Source of the DNA: Tubulanus polymorphus
Taxonomy: Eukaryota; Animalia; Nemertea
Assembly: GCF_964204645.1 (NCBI RefSeq)
Contig: NC_134031.1
Span: forward strand, 744,001 to 808,000
Direction: 5' to 3'
DNA length: 64,000 nt
The notes beneath the pieces are model-generated. The model saw nothing but the letters and a program-made list of their open reading frames with translations. It had not been told where the DNA came from and ran no database searches. Positions 25,086 through 38,438 of the stretch are shown here, one piece after another. The position numbers and the translations under genes are program-made. Each line of letters opens with the position of its first letter. Positions within the stretch are counted from its first letter, which is position 1.

Positions 25086-28000
25086 TGCTGGCTGTTCTGT
25101 TCAGGTGAGGGAAATAAATACAAAAAACTAACAAACAGTGCCTCTAAAAAAATTAATACAAACAAAAAACCCTCAAATAGACAATTTGATTTAATATTCC
25201 CACGATATAAAGCCAGTTTCGGGCGGGATGGTTTGTTTGAATCGCTGTAATACAGCGTTTTATAACGCGATCGCCGGAGTTTTCGCTGATTTTAACCCTT
25301 TCAACGCGGCTTTTAGGAAAACCGAAATTACCGCTACGTCAAACTCTTCAAATATCTGATGACCAATAAACATATGGCGCCATTTAAGTTATTAAAATAT
25401 TCCGATTTGTTTAAAACTGCTGATTTGATGCGTTATACGCTAATTCAACTGTTCTGATCGAAGGTGAAGGTCATCGAATGGTGCATGTTATAATTTGAAG
25501 TGATTGGCTAACGCGGTTTTAACGTTTACTGCTGCGATGCTGCTATTTTATCAGAGATTGTTAATACGGATGCTTTGAAAAATTCATTTTAATTTTCATG
25601 TCCTGTTAATGCCTGCTAGCTAGTTCTAAACTCAAAAACTTCCAAGTTTTTTCTTAAAAAGATATTTACCGATTTATCACATTTTCTCTCTTTCTGTTTC
25701 TCTTTTTGTGACAGCAGAAAAAATTAACAGCTTGGCTCAAAAACGGTAAAACCGATTCCGATGACAACAGTGAGATGGATATAGCGGCCCCTCATCTGAC
25801 TAACGGAACACATATTGAGAACGGAGGGGTTGATGAGTGCTCGGATGAGTGCAGAACTCCAAACTCGACTGATATCGGTGATATCAGCGATCTGGAGCCG
25901 GCGGCCATTTCTAAATCACTGCGTTTAAAATCAGTTGATTCCGATTCGTATTCGTTTAACTCGGATAGCACGGTCGTTTTACAAGATACCAATACCGATA
26001 CCAATACCGATTCCAATACAACAACAGCAGCAGCAGCAGCAGCAGCAGTAGCCGAGGTGGTCGGGAACTCAACAAAAAAATCAGCGTTAGACAAAAAAAC
26101 CAGTATTAAACAACGAAAATCTAATAACTTCAAATCTTCATCGTCTCAACTTGAAAACGGTTCGACTTTAAATCAGATTAAATCAGAAGAGAAAAATGTG
26201 AATGGATCGAACAGTGACGGGAATAGTGAGAATACTGAGAGTGAAAATATTAAACATGATGAGATCGAAAGACAGACGGATGATACAAGTCCAGAAACAA
26301 CATGTGAGGCTATAAGTGAGGGTACTCATCAGGGTATTAGCGAGGGTGATGGTGATGGTCCGAAAGAGAAATCGTCTAGTATCCTCGCGAGTATAATTAA
26401 GGGTGAATTAGACGCAGCTCCACAGAAAAGGAAACTTATACCGAAGCAAACAGCTCGTAAAACCGGGTTCCCGTTGAGGAAAATTAAAAATCCCGCGGTT
26501 TCTTCAGAAACGGTGAAAACGGTGAATCTTTTTCCGATCGCGAACATGGCGTTGAATTTACCGGAGATCGAAACGGCCCTCGGGATAACGGAGATTAGAT
26601 CGGAATCGCGAAGAGATCACGCCAACTCTGCGGAATCAACCGATAGTAGTAACACCTCTCCGCTCGTAGAGTCCGCTATCGCGCCGCTCACAGAGTCCGC
26701 TAGTACACCGCTCGCAGAGTCCGATAATAGTGTTACCAGTAAAACAACGGAAAACTCAAAGAACAACAACAACAATGCGGTGAAGAGAAAACGACGAAGG
26801 TTCGGCCGGTACGACCTCAACAGAAAACGTAAATACGGCAAACGTAAATTAAGAACGGATCATGATAATACTGGCTCCGATAGCGAGGCTACTATTGATA
26901 GTCAGGTAGCGTTCACAGCCAATCATATTCATTTATTTCAAGGTCGTCTTAGTAATTTTGTTAAAAGATAGATATTGGAAGAAAACTAATATAACATTAA
27001 AGTTTGTATGGTGAAGTTTCTCGTCATGAAATAACTGTTTAGTTGCCTCTAAAGGCAGTCAACTTAGAGCGTAATTTTGTTACAATTTTCTTTTGCGTTT
27101 CAGGATTGCGATGATCAACTATCAAGCGAGGGGGCGCCACCGTCTAAAAAACGTAAGTTCACAAATTTTAATGGGTTCATTCATAGTAAAAAGAAATGTG
27201 TGGCACATTCTCTATCCACCGCAGAAATAAACCAGACAAAACCAAACACCACGATCTTACAATCGAATCAAATTTCACCCAAAAAGTTCATAAAATGTAT
27301 CTTATTTTTAATTCAAGACCCTAATTTAAAATTCTTTCTTTAGTTCGTTTAGATTCAGAGTCGATTGCATTGAAACCGGCAACAAACTCACGAGGAGGGA
27401 GGAGACGCCGGGCGCGAAAATCATTCCCACCATCTTTAGTTTCATCATCGGTGACCGGTTATCATCCGATACAGAAATCAGTCACTTCTAGCTCGATACC
27501 GATCGCATCGCCTCCTCAAACTACAACGCATTTAATAACCGTTCCGGGTATCGGTAAACGAGTTATCACTTTACAACCACCGTCTGCTGGATCTTCCATA
27601 CCGACCGGTAAAACACCAGTTATAACCGGTATTAACAATAAAGGTCAGTCGGTAGTGATACCAGTCGTACCGATATCAGCCGAGTCGATCGCGAATACGC
27701 AGGCTACGACCGTGTTCTTTATACCGAATAATCCATCCATAACAACCACCGGGAATCACCATCGAATCACCGCGAATCACAGTTTTAATCATCCGTTCTT
27801 ATTACCGAATCCGGCTCGTCCGAGTAACTTTTCACCGGTTCAGCCGGCGACTGTTTTACCTCGGCTTACATCGGCGTCGATACTCAGAACTAACACCAAC
27901 ATCATCACAGCTACGTCGACCAGTACGCAGCAGCTGACATCAACCGCTACCAGACAGATGCCGACTTTAAAACCGGCCGTAACGACCGTCGCTAAGAACC

Positions 28001-31000
28001 TCGTAACAATGACGTCGTTGTTAAGTTCATCGCCTCCGCAGCTTATCAAATATAATTCACCGCAGTCCGGAACATCTGTGTGGAGTTCCTCGCCGCAGTC
28101 CGGAACACCTCCGTGGAGTTCCTCGCCGCAGTCCGGTAATACTCCATCGAAGAATCGTCATTCATCTCCTAACGGTATTATTCATCATCAAAAAAGAACA
28201 GTTCGTAATCACCGATCATCGTCCGGTTCAGCTCCAGCTGCTCATATCACTTCACCCATTGTTACTATGTTAAAAACTGATTGTGCATCGGGATCTTTAA
28301 CTCCATCAACAACTACTTCATTATTACTGTCAACAGCAGCAACTCGTAATGTACACAGAACACCTTACAATCAGGTCAGTTATCAATCTCTTATAATTGT
28401 TTGAAGAAATCCCACAATTCAAATTTTTATACGATGAAGTTTATTAGAATGAAACCACAATGGTTTCGTTTTAATAAACATCTCTTAAATAAAACGTCGA
28501 ATTGTGGCACTTCGATTATCTGCAGTTTACATGGATTAAAGTGTTTCATTCGACTATTGCTTACTTTTAACAAAATGCCTCACTAAAACGTTTTACTTTT
28601 CTTTAAAAGTCCTCGGGTATTTTTTCATAAAAAATGGCGACTTTGCTGCTGTCAACCCTTTGTATTATGAATATATTGTAGGTAAAAGTGACGTCTGAAG
28701 AGACTCCAGATCTATTCGATATTCCTCTCTGTTCTTGTAAAGTTAGAGGCACGAGATTCGCGAATGTTGCGAAGGTTTCTTACTGTCAGGCTTTAGATTC
28801 TATAGATGATAAGGTCAGTACATAGTAAACCTGTTTAAATCATTCGCGGCTGATGAAATTCATTCTGTTTATGATGAAACATCCTATTATCTGTAAATGA
28901 TGTGTACGTTGTTTGTAGATTGTTGGATGCAGTAATAAAGTATCCGGAGGAGGTGTTTTACTTCGTCCTGCCGTCAAAATTCCATTCATGGCTTTCTGTG
29001 AGCAACATCAATCACGTTTAAAATCGCATCAATGTTGTCCGAGTTGTGGACATTTCTGTACTCAGGTAAATTATGCATTCACACTGCATTCACTCGCACT
29101 CATTCCACAGCCTGCATTCAGTCTGCAGTCTCATTCTTACAATTTTTGATCATGTGCCCTTCACCAAAGGTTGGTTCTAGGCTACAGGGTCCACAGTTGT
29201 GAGTTAGAGTTAACTCTTGAGTTAAAATCAGTTCATTTTCAATGTTTTAACTCTAAGAGTCAAATTTAACTCACAACTGTGGAACTGGCTCCAGATGGAT
29301 ACCTGTTTTACCAGATAAAAAGTAGTTCTAAAAATCAGACACAAAATGTCCATAAAACAGAAACTTGCTCGGCTTACATTCGGTTTTTCTCTCATTGTTT
29401 CAGGGTAAATTTTATCAATGTCGTAAAGAAGACGAATCAGTCATACATCAATTCCATAGAGAATGTCAAATATTTCGAAACGGTAAATACTTGTGTCCAC
29501 ATTGCGGAGAGGAGTCCGTTCAACATGAGATCACAGTCAAACGATCAGACGCTAAAAAACAACTTCAATTTCAACGAGAGTAAGTCTCAAGTGCTCCATT
29601 GATTTTAGCTTTCTTCTCATAAACAGATGTTCGTTTGTCAATTATTGTAAGGTTTCTATGGTATAGATGTATAGCAAACTGTATCAAACGCTGTAGTATT
29701 CGGGCAGTCAATATTTTAATCAGGATAAATAGCGCTTTACGTACCCCACTTTGACCAGTACAGATGAAGCGAGGACCATGGGCCAGTTGCCCAAAAGTTG
29801 GTTAAAGATAATCTGCCGATATTTACCATAGTATAAATGAACAGTTAATTGTAACTATGTCAACTATCAACCGGTTTACTCTTCATTCTATAGATAATCT
29901 TAATAATAAACTAAAAACAAGCATCCAGAAATGAAGACCAGTTTTGGAACCCAGGGTCCGGTTTCATAGACTGGTATCAAAGTTATCCCTAGGGATAACT
30001 CCTAAATTTGGTGAACAACCACCACAGTAACAATGAGAAACCATGGCTATGACTGACGAATTTCAAAGTTCCCAGGGACTGTTTTGCTTGCACAACTATG
30101 AAACCCAGCCCTGAAGTTTAGTTTATTGAGCATATCTCGGTATTTGATGAGCCTTTATTGTTTTATTAAAGGAGAGCCAAGATGACCGGTTTATCATTTA
30201 CGAAAGTTCGTCAGGAATCTGAAGAAGCAGAAGACGAAGGAAAATCATTAGAAATCATTTCCAATAATAAACGGTTAACGTCGAGTATGTGTTCAATATA
30301 TTCACCGTCGTTTGAAACTTCATGTGGCAGATTTAAATCTGAAGAGGAAACTGCTTTTATAAACTGAAAGTCAGCAAAGTCAATCGATTTTTTGTTGAGT
30401 TAAAACCAGTCTATAAATCTTGAGTTAAAACCAGTCTATAAATCTGAGTTAAAACCAGTCTATAAATATGAGTTAAAACCAGTCTATAAATATGAGTTAA
30501 AACCAGTCTATAAATCTTGAGTTAAAACCAGTCTATAAATCTGAGTTAAAACCAGTCTATAAATATGAGTTAAAACCAGTCTATAAATATGAGTTAAAAC
30601 CAGTCTATAAATCTGAGTTAAAACCAGTCTATAAATATGAGTTAAAACCAGTATATAAATCTGAGTTAAAACCAGTCTATAAATATGAGTTAAAACCAGT
30701 CTATAAATATGAGTTAAAACCAGTCTATAAATCTGAGTTAAAACCAGTCTATAAATCTGAGTTAAAACCAGTCTATAAATATGAGTTAAAACCAGTCTAT
30801 AAATATGAGTTAAAACCAGTCTATAAATATGAGTTAAAACCAGTCTATAAATCTGAGTTAAAACCAGTCTATAAATCTGAGTTAAAACCAGTCTATAAAT
30901 ATGAGTTAAAACCAGTCTATAAATATGAGTTAAAACCAGTCTATAAATATGAGTTAAAACCAGTCTATAAATCTGAGTTAAAACCAGTCTATAAATCTGA

Positions 31001-34000
31001 GTTAAAACCAGTCTATAAATCTGAGTTAAAACCAGTCTATAAATATGAGTTAAAACCAGTCTATAAATATGAGTTAAAACCAGTCTATAAATATGAGTTA
31101 AAACCAGTCTATAAATATGAGTTAAAACCAGTCTATAAATCTGAGTTAAAACCAGTCTATAAATCTGAGTTAAAACCAGTCTATAAATCTGAGTTAAAAC
31201 CAGTCTATAAATCTGAGTTAAAACCAGTCTATAAAGCTAGTGCCTTTAGTTTATATGATTATAGAATTGTGTACACATATCCTAAATATGTATAAGATTT
31301 ACGTTCAGAAAATGTTTGAATGGAATGTAATTGTTTTTGATTGTAGAAGGGTTACCTCTAGGTCCAACTCGAACACAAATGGAACTTATTTTAACGTATA
31401 TGGAAGCCGAGAGGTAAGAGAGAGAGATTGATTGATTCAGGGACCGTGTCGCTACTGTTATGAGGCACTGCTTCATCTTAAATCTGCATTTCTATTCTAG
31501 ACCAAAGAAATTGCGACTGAGCGCCAAGAATTTATACATGGTCAGTAAAAACGGAGAATTAGATAAAGTGATATTCATGTTAGGTGCGTAAGACTGCTGT
31601 GTATGTTATTTACCCTCAGTAACTGTTATACGTGATGTTATATTCTGATTGTATATTGGTTTAGCTGAAGGTTTTGATCCTAATTGTGAAGTCGATGAAT
31701 TCAAGAAACGTTCACCTCTTCACGCGGCAGCAACTTACGGACATCTCGCCATCGTTCATTGTTTATTACAGGTAAATAAATACTTTCTGATATAAATACT
31801 TACTATTGATGAAACGTTCTGAGTCTGTTGTAATGACAACACAAAATCCCTGGGGCTGGTTTTATAGACTGGTATTATCTTTAACCCGAGGGTTAACTCA
31901 ATTGATAATGAATTGAGTCAGCCCCGGGGTTAAAGGTGATAAAACTATCAAAAACTAGAATAAAACTATATATAAGTCTATAAAACTGGGCCCTGCACGC
32001 TAAGAATAACGGGTCCAAAATGTTTAAGTTTGGGATTTTATGTAACTGATAATATAGAAAATAGGTTTTCATACGGTTACAGGGTTCCTACAGTCCCTCA
32101 AATCTCTCAAAAAGCTTTCAAATTCCAAAATTCAATTTCAAAATCCTCAAATTCTGAGTAAAAGCCCTTCGCTTCTCAAATACTCCTCAAATGTTGAAAA
32201 TGTGCCTTAGGAAATCTTTTTAATCGCATATATTCCCTTCATATACACATTTCCTGCAAAACATACTAGCCTTTGGCTTGCTGGTATAACTGCCCTAAAT
32301 TCAACTTGCAAATATTTCTAAAGAAAGATTCCTAAAACGATCTTTCTATATCATGATAACAATACGGTTAACATGTCGTCGATGGTAAATGACTGGATGT
32401 AGTTGTGATAATTCAGGCTGGTGCTAACCCGAATGTAGAAGATGAAGTCTTAGTAAAACCAATCATGTGCGCAGCGGAAAATAATCACGTGAATGTGATG
32501 AAATTACTGATTAAATCAGGAGCTGTCATTGAAACGAGGGTAAGAGTTAGAAATGTGCGATGGTATCGGGTTGTATCCTGTGTGTGTGTGTTTATGTGAA
32601 CTGACCGGTTTCATTTCAGGATGATGATGGAATGACTTGTATACATTTAGCAGCTAAACACGGACATCTAGAAACACTGAAATATATCTTAGATGAAAAA
32701 CTCATGGATATCTCGACACTAGTAAGTCCTGTTAATCTCTCTCACCCCCTACACCGGAGTTAGTGAGGGATTGATTATTCTGATCAGTAAGTGTCTGTTG
32801 TATATTGTAGGATGACGGTGGTTGGACTGCTTTAGTTTGGGCGTCTGAATATAAACGTATCGATACTGTGCGTTATTTATTATCTCAAGGCTCCGATCCG
32901 AATATTAAAGATAATGTAAGTTGAGACACCAATCAACCCTGCTGCCCACAGGTATCCTTTTGCCCAATCTACCTGCTGCCCACAGGTATCCTACTGCCCA
33001 ATCTCCATGCTGTCCACAGGTATCCTTCTGCCCTATCTACCCTGCTATCCACAGGTACCCTACTGCCCCTATCTACCATGCTGCCTACATGTATCCTATT
33101 GCCCAATCTACCCTGCTGCCCACAGGTATCCTATTGCCCAATCTACCCTGCTGCCCACAGGTATCCTACTGCCCAAACTACCCTGCTGCCCAAACTACCC
33201 TGCTGCCCACAAGTATCCTATTGCCCAATCTACCCTGCTGCCCACATGTATCCTATTGCCCAATCTACCCTACTGGCCACAGGTATCCTATTGCCCAATC
33301 AACCCTTCTATCCACAGGTATCCTGCTATCCACAGGTACCCTAATATCCACTGGTTCCCTGCTATCCACTGGTACCCTGCTATCCACAGGCACCCTACTA
33401 TCCACTGGTTCCCTGCTATCCACTGGTACCCTGCTATCCACAGGCACCCTGCTGCTGTCCATGTCACTGAATTGTGTAGATATAATTGATATTTTGTAGG
33501 AGGAGAATATAGCTTTACACTGGGCAGCATTCTCAGGAAGTGTTGATATAGTTGAATTATTCCTAACTCGTGGCTGTGATTTAGAATCGATGAATGAAGT
33601 CGGAGATCGACCTTTGTAAGTTTTATTCATTAAAACTCTGTTAACTCTTTAAAACCGGTATATTCAATTCCTCAACTGAAACAGTCTTATATGATATCAG
33701 CTTTCTAGGGTATACTTCAGTTATCTCTATTCTAGTGAATGGGGTTAAGTGGGGAGGTGGGAGGCTTTCGGTATCTCCATGGACTGTTACTGTGCACACC
33801 AGACCTGTTTGAATCCACTCCTGTTTAACATTTATTTATCAAAACATTAGAATGAAACTTAGAAAATATTATTTTCTGTCCACAGACATGTTGCTGCAAG
33901 ACAGAATCATTACGAATGTGTTGCGTAAGTTTATAAATCATGGAAGTACCATTGCTGCTGCTGCTGCTGCTGCTGTTAACTGTGTGTTTATATTTCTAGG

Positions 34001-35641
34001 TTACTGTTAGCTCGTGGAGCCGATGTTGAAGCCGTAAATAATGCTTCACAGACTCCTCTAGAGGTTAGTTTATAGAATAGATTCACCTCCTCTACGCTGT
34101 TTGAATTTCAGTATTGTATGAATTGATCGGTATATTTTACTCTCTGTAGTGTTGTCCCGATAATGATTCTTCCGCGTGGATGGCTTTGAAAGTTAACAAA
34201 CAACTGAAAAAATTCGCGGCCAAAAGATCAGACCGGCCAGAGAAACTACTGCATCGGTAAGCATTCTATTGATAGACGGATAATGTATGCGTAAACCACA
34301 CCCATTTACCGGAGATATGTATTGATTGACAGCTGTGTTTTTATTGCAGTGATTTATCGTTTGGTAAGGATAAAACAGCGATGCCTGTCGTGAATTCAGT
34401 TGATGACGAAGATTGGCCTCGTGATTTCATGTATGTGACGGCAAATGTAGAAACGAGTCAACTAAATATCAATCGTACTATTACTAGTCTGCATGTAAGT
34501 TATATACAGGATACTGCATTTATACTAGACTAAAGATAACCGTTAAACTCAAAGAGATAACTGTTTAACTAAGAGATTTAACTGGTTAATACAGAGATAA
34601 CTGTTTATCTATGAGATCACCGTTCAATTCTAGAGATAACTGTTTAACCATTTAAGAGAGTAGTCAGATAGTGATCGGATATTGTTGCATATTTGTAGAA
34701 CTGCCAATGTGAAGATGATTGTTCCACCGTAACGTGTCCATGTACTCAAATTAGTATTAAATGTTGGTATGATAAGGTATGTATTCATCCATCTCTTTCT
34801 CTCCTCCAGCCAGCTCACTGTCTCCTCCAGCCAGCTCTCTCTCCTCCAGCCAGCTCACTGTCTCCTCCAGCCAGCTCACTGTCTCCTCCAGCCAGCTCAC
34901 TGTCTCTTCCAGCCAGCTCACTGTCTCCTCCAGCCAGCTCACTGTCTCCTCCAGCCAGCTCACTGTCTCCTCCAGCCAGCTCACTGTCTCCTCCAGCCAG
35001 CTCACCTCTCTCTCTCCTGCGGTCTAGCTCACTGTCACTGAGAGACTCCTCAGTATTTCTCACACCCCTCTCTCCTGCAGTCTAGCTCACTGTCACTGAG
35101 AGACTCCTCAGTATTTCTCACACCCCTCTCTCCTGCAGTCTAGCTCACTGTCACTGAGAGACTCCTCAGTATTTCTCACACCTCTCTCTCCTGCAGTCTA
35201 GCTCACTGTCACTGAGAGACTCCTCAGTATTTCTCACACCCCTCCTGCGGTCTAGCTCACTGTCACTGAGAGACTCGGTATTTCCCCCCCTGCGGTCTAG
35301 CTCACTGTAGACTCACTGTTTATTTCAGGAAGGACGTCTATTGCCCGAGTTTAATATGTTAGAACCTCCGATATTATTTGAGTGTAATCGAAGTTGTCGA
35401 TGTTGGGCGAATTGTTACAATCGAGTCGTACAAAATGGAGTCCTGTGAGTATTCATCCCATTGTGAGTAGAACCACTCTCTCTCTCTTCCCCTCGTGCCC
35501 CGCGGTACTAACTAGAGATGGATGGGTTTGTGTATTTGTAGGACTCGGTTACAGATATTCCGTACAGTCGGACGAGGTTGGGGAGTTCGTGCGTTATTAG
35601 ATATACAACGTGGAACATTTATATGCGAGTAAGTGTCCTCA

Positions 35642-35717
<76 letters not shown>

Positions 35718-36901
35718 GAGATGAAACTCATCATTCACTGCTGTTCAGTAACATGTGTCTCTCTAATTATAGATATATAGGTGAATTGATATCTGATTCT
35801 GAAGCCGATATACGTGAAGATGATTCATATCTATTTGATCTTGATAACAGGGTAAGCAGTGACGTTTATACACATACTGTACAATGTGCTATGCCTCAGA
35901 TTATCATGTCACTCAGTCTACTGTAGATCTGAGGCAAGCCCCTCGTCCATGCATTTACAAAATGTTTGATATTTTCCTACTATTACGCCCAACTGCCCCA
36001 GAATTCACTTGTGGCCTCACAGAGAATATCTATTGATCTCATGTGATCCAAAACAAGCCAACAATCTACTGTAAATCAGAGTCAGTCTACTGTAGATCAG
36101 AGTCTGTCTACTGTAGATCAGAGTCAGTCTACTGTAGATCAGAGTCAGTCTACTGTAGATCAGAGTCAGTCTACACAGTTATTGTTTCTATTATTTAACA
36201 GGATGGTGAGACATATTGTATCGATGCTCGTAAATATGGAAACATCGCCAGATTCATCAATCATCTCTGTGAACCGAATATAATTCCAGTTAAAGTATTC
36301 GTAGATCATCAGGATTTGAGATTCCCTCATATTTGTTTTTTCTCTTCGCGAGAAATAAAAGCAGGCGAAGAACTTGGGTTAGTATTCAAAATACAGCTGT
36401 CAATCATCTTTCTGTTCCCGCCCCCTCAGACAATTTACCGTCTGAATGGAAAATCAGACCATCCAAACTTTCCCCATCAAAAGGTGAGTGTCTGAGGGAA
36501 GCAGATTTTGTCCTTGCCTAAATAGAGAGTGCACTTGATACTAATTGCTCGGACAAGCCAAGTGAGTCCCATGCTAAAATTTGGCTGGAGCATGGTCTGA
36601 CATTTTTGTTCGGGCCAAACAGGTACGGGGCCATTTGGCACCTGTGTGAACAGTTGTTCCGGGCCAAATTTTGCCAAAACTGTTTGTGTAATTGTGGCTA
36701 TTGGTTTCACTTCTCATCTAATGAAACCGATGTTCGTTATTTTATAGTTTTGATTACGGAGTGAAATTCTGGGTGATAAAATGGAAGCAGTTTTTATGCG
36801 CGTGTGGAACTGCCAAATGTAAATACTCCAGTGATAGAATACAACAAACATTAGACGATTATCATAAACGTATGCAAGAGGAGGAGCATTATGATAATTA
36901 A
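25078..36901 (+). CDS. EHMT1: Euchromatic histone H3K9 methyltransferase EHMT1/2 (GLP/G9a)
   Basis: 25 exons: 25078-25104, 25715-26905, 27104-27152, 27344-28374, 28682-28813, 28919-29065, 29404-29579, 30172-30284, 31347-31413, 31501-31583, 31665-31771, 32417-32539, 32620-32721, 32811-32915, 33500-33615, 33886-33924, 34000-34063, 34150-34256, 34350-34494, 34699-34776, 35329-35444, 35542-35628, 35773-35851, 36202-36377, 36748-36901. Cys-rich region ([19 protein letters not shown]), ankyrin repeats ([26 protein letters not shown]), pre-SET, SET ([23 protein letters not shown]), post-[11 protein letters not shown]. Presumed co-ortholog of EHMT1/EHMT2. Confidence 0.95.
29187..29290. mobile_element. 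Palindromic MITE
   Basis: TCCACAGTTGTGAGTTA...TAACTCACAACTGTGGA terminal inverted repeats. Confidence 0.75.
29955..30110. mobile_element. PIF/Harbinger-like MITE
   Basis: TIRs GGTTTCATAG/CTATGAAACC, CWG flanks, closely similar full-length copy at 63454-63612. Confidence 0.75.
30397..31235. repeat. 24-bp satellite GAGTTAAAACCAGTCTATAAAT(C/A)T
   Basis: About 35 nearly identical copies in EHMT intron 8. Confidence 0.97.
31852..31992. mobile_element. PIF/Harbinger-like palindromic MITE
   Basis: CTG|GGGCTGGTTTTATAGACT ... AGTCTATAAAACTGGGCC|CTG. Confidence 0.7.
32930..33455. repeat. 17/18/35-bp minisatellite CTGCTGCCCACAGGTATCCTATTGCCCAATCTACC
   Basis: Fills most of EHMT intron 14. Confidence 0.92.
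34799..35315. repeat. Compound minisatellite (21-bp TCTCCTCCAGCCAGCTCACTG, then about 57-bp units)
   Basis: Fills EHMT intron 20. Confidence 0.92.
35642..35716. repeat. (CAT)n microsatellite
   Basis: About 25 copies, intronic. Confidence 0.95.
36066..36174. repeat. 21-bp minisatellite TCTACTGTAGATCAGAGTCAG
   Basis: About 5 copies. Confidence 0.9.
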
Positions 36902-37432
36902 ACCACGCCCCCTTCCAACCAGTAGACCACACCCCTCTTCGGGCATTACTGATAACATTTCTACTCCGCGGTACAAAATTGAAGATTTATTGTTTGTCTT
37001 GTATTAATGGTTATAGACTCAGCTAAGGGAGATTTTGTTATGTATGTGAAACACTTTTTCCTAATTTTCAACCCATCTTCAACATTGTGTACAAAGGAAG
37101 ACTAATTTTCGAGCCGTATCACTACATGGGTGCCTGAACATTGTACAGTCAAGCTTGCTCAAGTTGTCATTGTTGTGGCAACCATGACTTACACTTAGTA
37201 AATTGGAATGAAATGAATTGGGACTTAAAAATAGAAACTTCAGTAATGATGGAATTAACAGAGTTTGACTATTAGGATGGTCCTAAAGTCCTGTAAAAGC
37301 AGAGTCAAAATTCATAAACTAAAGCATTTTGTTACTATGTATTCATTAAAAAACTGCTCTTGTTTGTAAATGTCGTCGATCTACTTAGAAATCATGATTG
37401 TTCTACCGTAGACTGAGCAAATACTCACTAAC

Positions 37433-37665
37433 CACAACCTGCTAAAAGGGGTACGACATCCAGCTAGAAGAGGTACTACACCCTGCTAGAAGGGGTGTCA
37501 CATCCAGCTAGAAAGGGTACTACACCCTGCTAGTAGGGGTTGTCACGCCCTGCTGGAAGGGTTACCATACCCTGCCAGTAGGAGTATCACATCCAGCTAG
37601 AAGGGGTACCACACCTTGCTAGAAAAGGTGTCACCCCTGCTGAAAAGGGTCACACCCTGCTGGAC
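37433..37665. repeat. Degenerate ~21-bp repeat CACCCTGCTAGAAGGGG
   Basis: About 11 diverged copies in the EHMT 3' region. Confidence 0.75.
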
Positions 37666-37872
37666 AGGTGGTGTTATAAACCTGACTCAATAATCATGAC
37701 TTTTCAATCATTATTCATTCAATCTTCAGTCATCGAAATTATGTATTTAGTAGAAATTGAAAACATTGTAGATATTTTTCTAGTTTATACGACTTTAAGA
37801 GAGGATGAATATTTCTTACAGAGTTTAAATGTAATAATGTATTTTAGTCGATTGTTTCCTTGGTGTAGATTA

Positions 37873-38194
37873 ACCAGCCAGTCAAATGTACAACTGACCA
37901 GCCAGTCAGATGAACAACTGACCAGCCAGCCGGATGTACAACTGACCAGCCAGTCAGATGTACAACTGACCAGCCAGCCGGATGTACAACTGACCAGCCA
38001 GTCAGATGTACAACTGACCAGCCAGTCGGATGTAAAACTGACCAGCCAGTCGGATGTAAAACTGACCAGCCAGTCGGATGTAAAACTGACCAGCCAGTCA
38101 GATGTACAACTGACCAGCCAGTCAGATGTACAACTGACCTGCCAGTCAGATGTACAACTGACCAGCCAGTCAGATGTAAAACTGACCTGCCAGT
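37873..38194. repeat. 24-bp minisatellite ACTGACCAGCCAGTCAGATGTACA
   Basis: About 13 copies. Confidence 0.95.
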
Positions 38195-38438
38195 TGTTGA
38201 TCTTTGTGCATGTACTAATGTCAATTGAATGAACAAATTTTACCAATGTAAATTATTATGTAATAAAAAATGAAACGATTCTTAAAATATCAATGAATTT
38301 TTGTGTCTGTTTTCATCGGTGAAGACTTTTCGAATCATAATTAATGACCACAGGAAGTATCATTGGATTCCAGATGATTTATTTACAGTGAAGACAGAGA
38401 GAGAGGATTTAAATACGCTTATTAGTAGCCCGACCATG

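Noticed and set aside
13500-27140. Exonic CTCF-like motifs at about 13505, 17622 and 27123
   Set aside because: Partial matches explainable by codon content; no independent support.
30397-31235. CRISPR-like appearance of regular repeats (also 37873, 48763, 53045)
   Set aside because: Head-to-tail units with no unique spacers, no cas genes, eukaryotic context.
32921-33630. Overlapping repetitive ORFs (also 34757-35063, 37696-38246, 18968-19366, 52986-53292)
   Set aside because: Translations of intronic or UTR minisatellites.
35633-35926. Poly-His ORF
   Set aside because: (CAT)n is intronic; only 35773-35851 is an EHMT exon.
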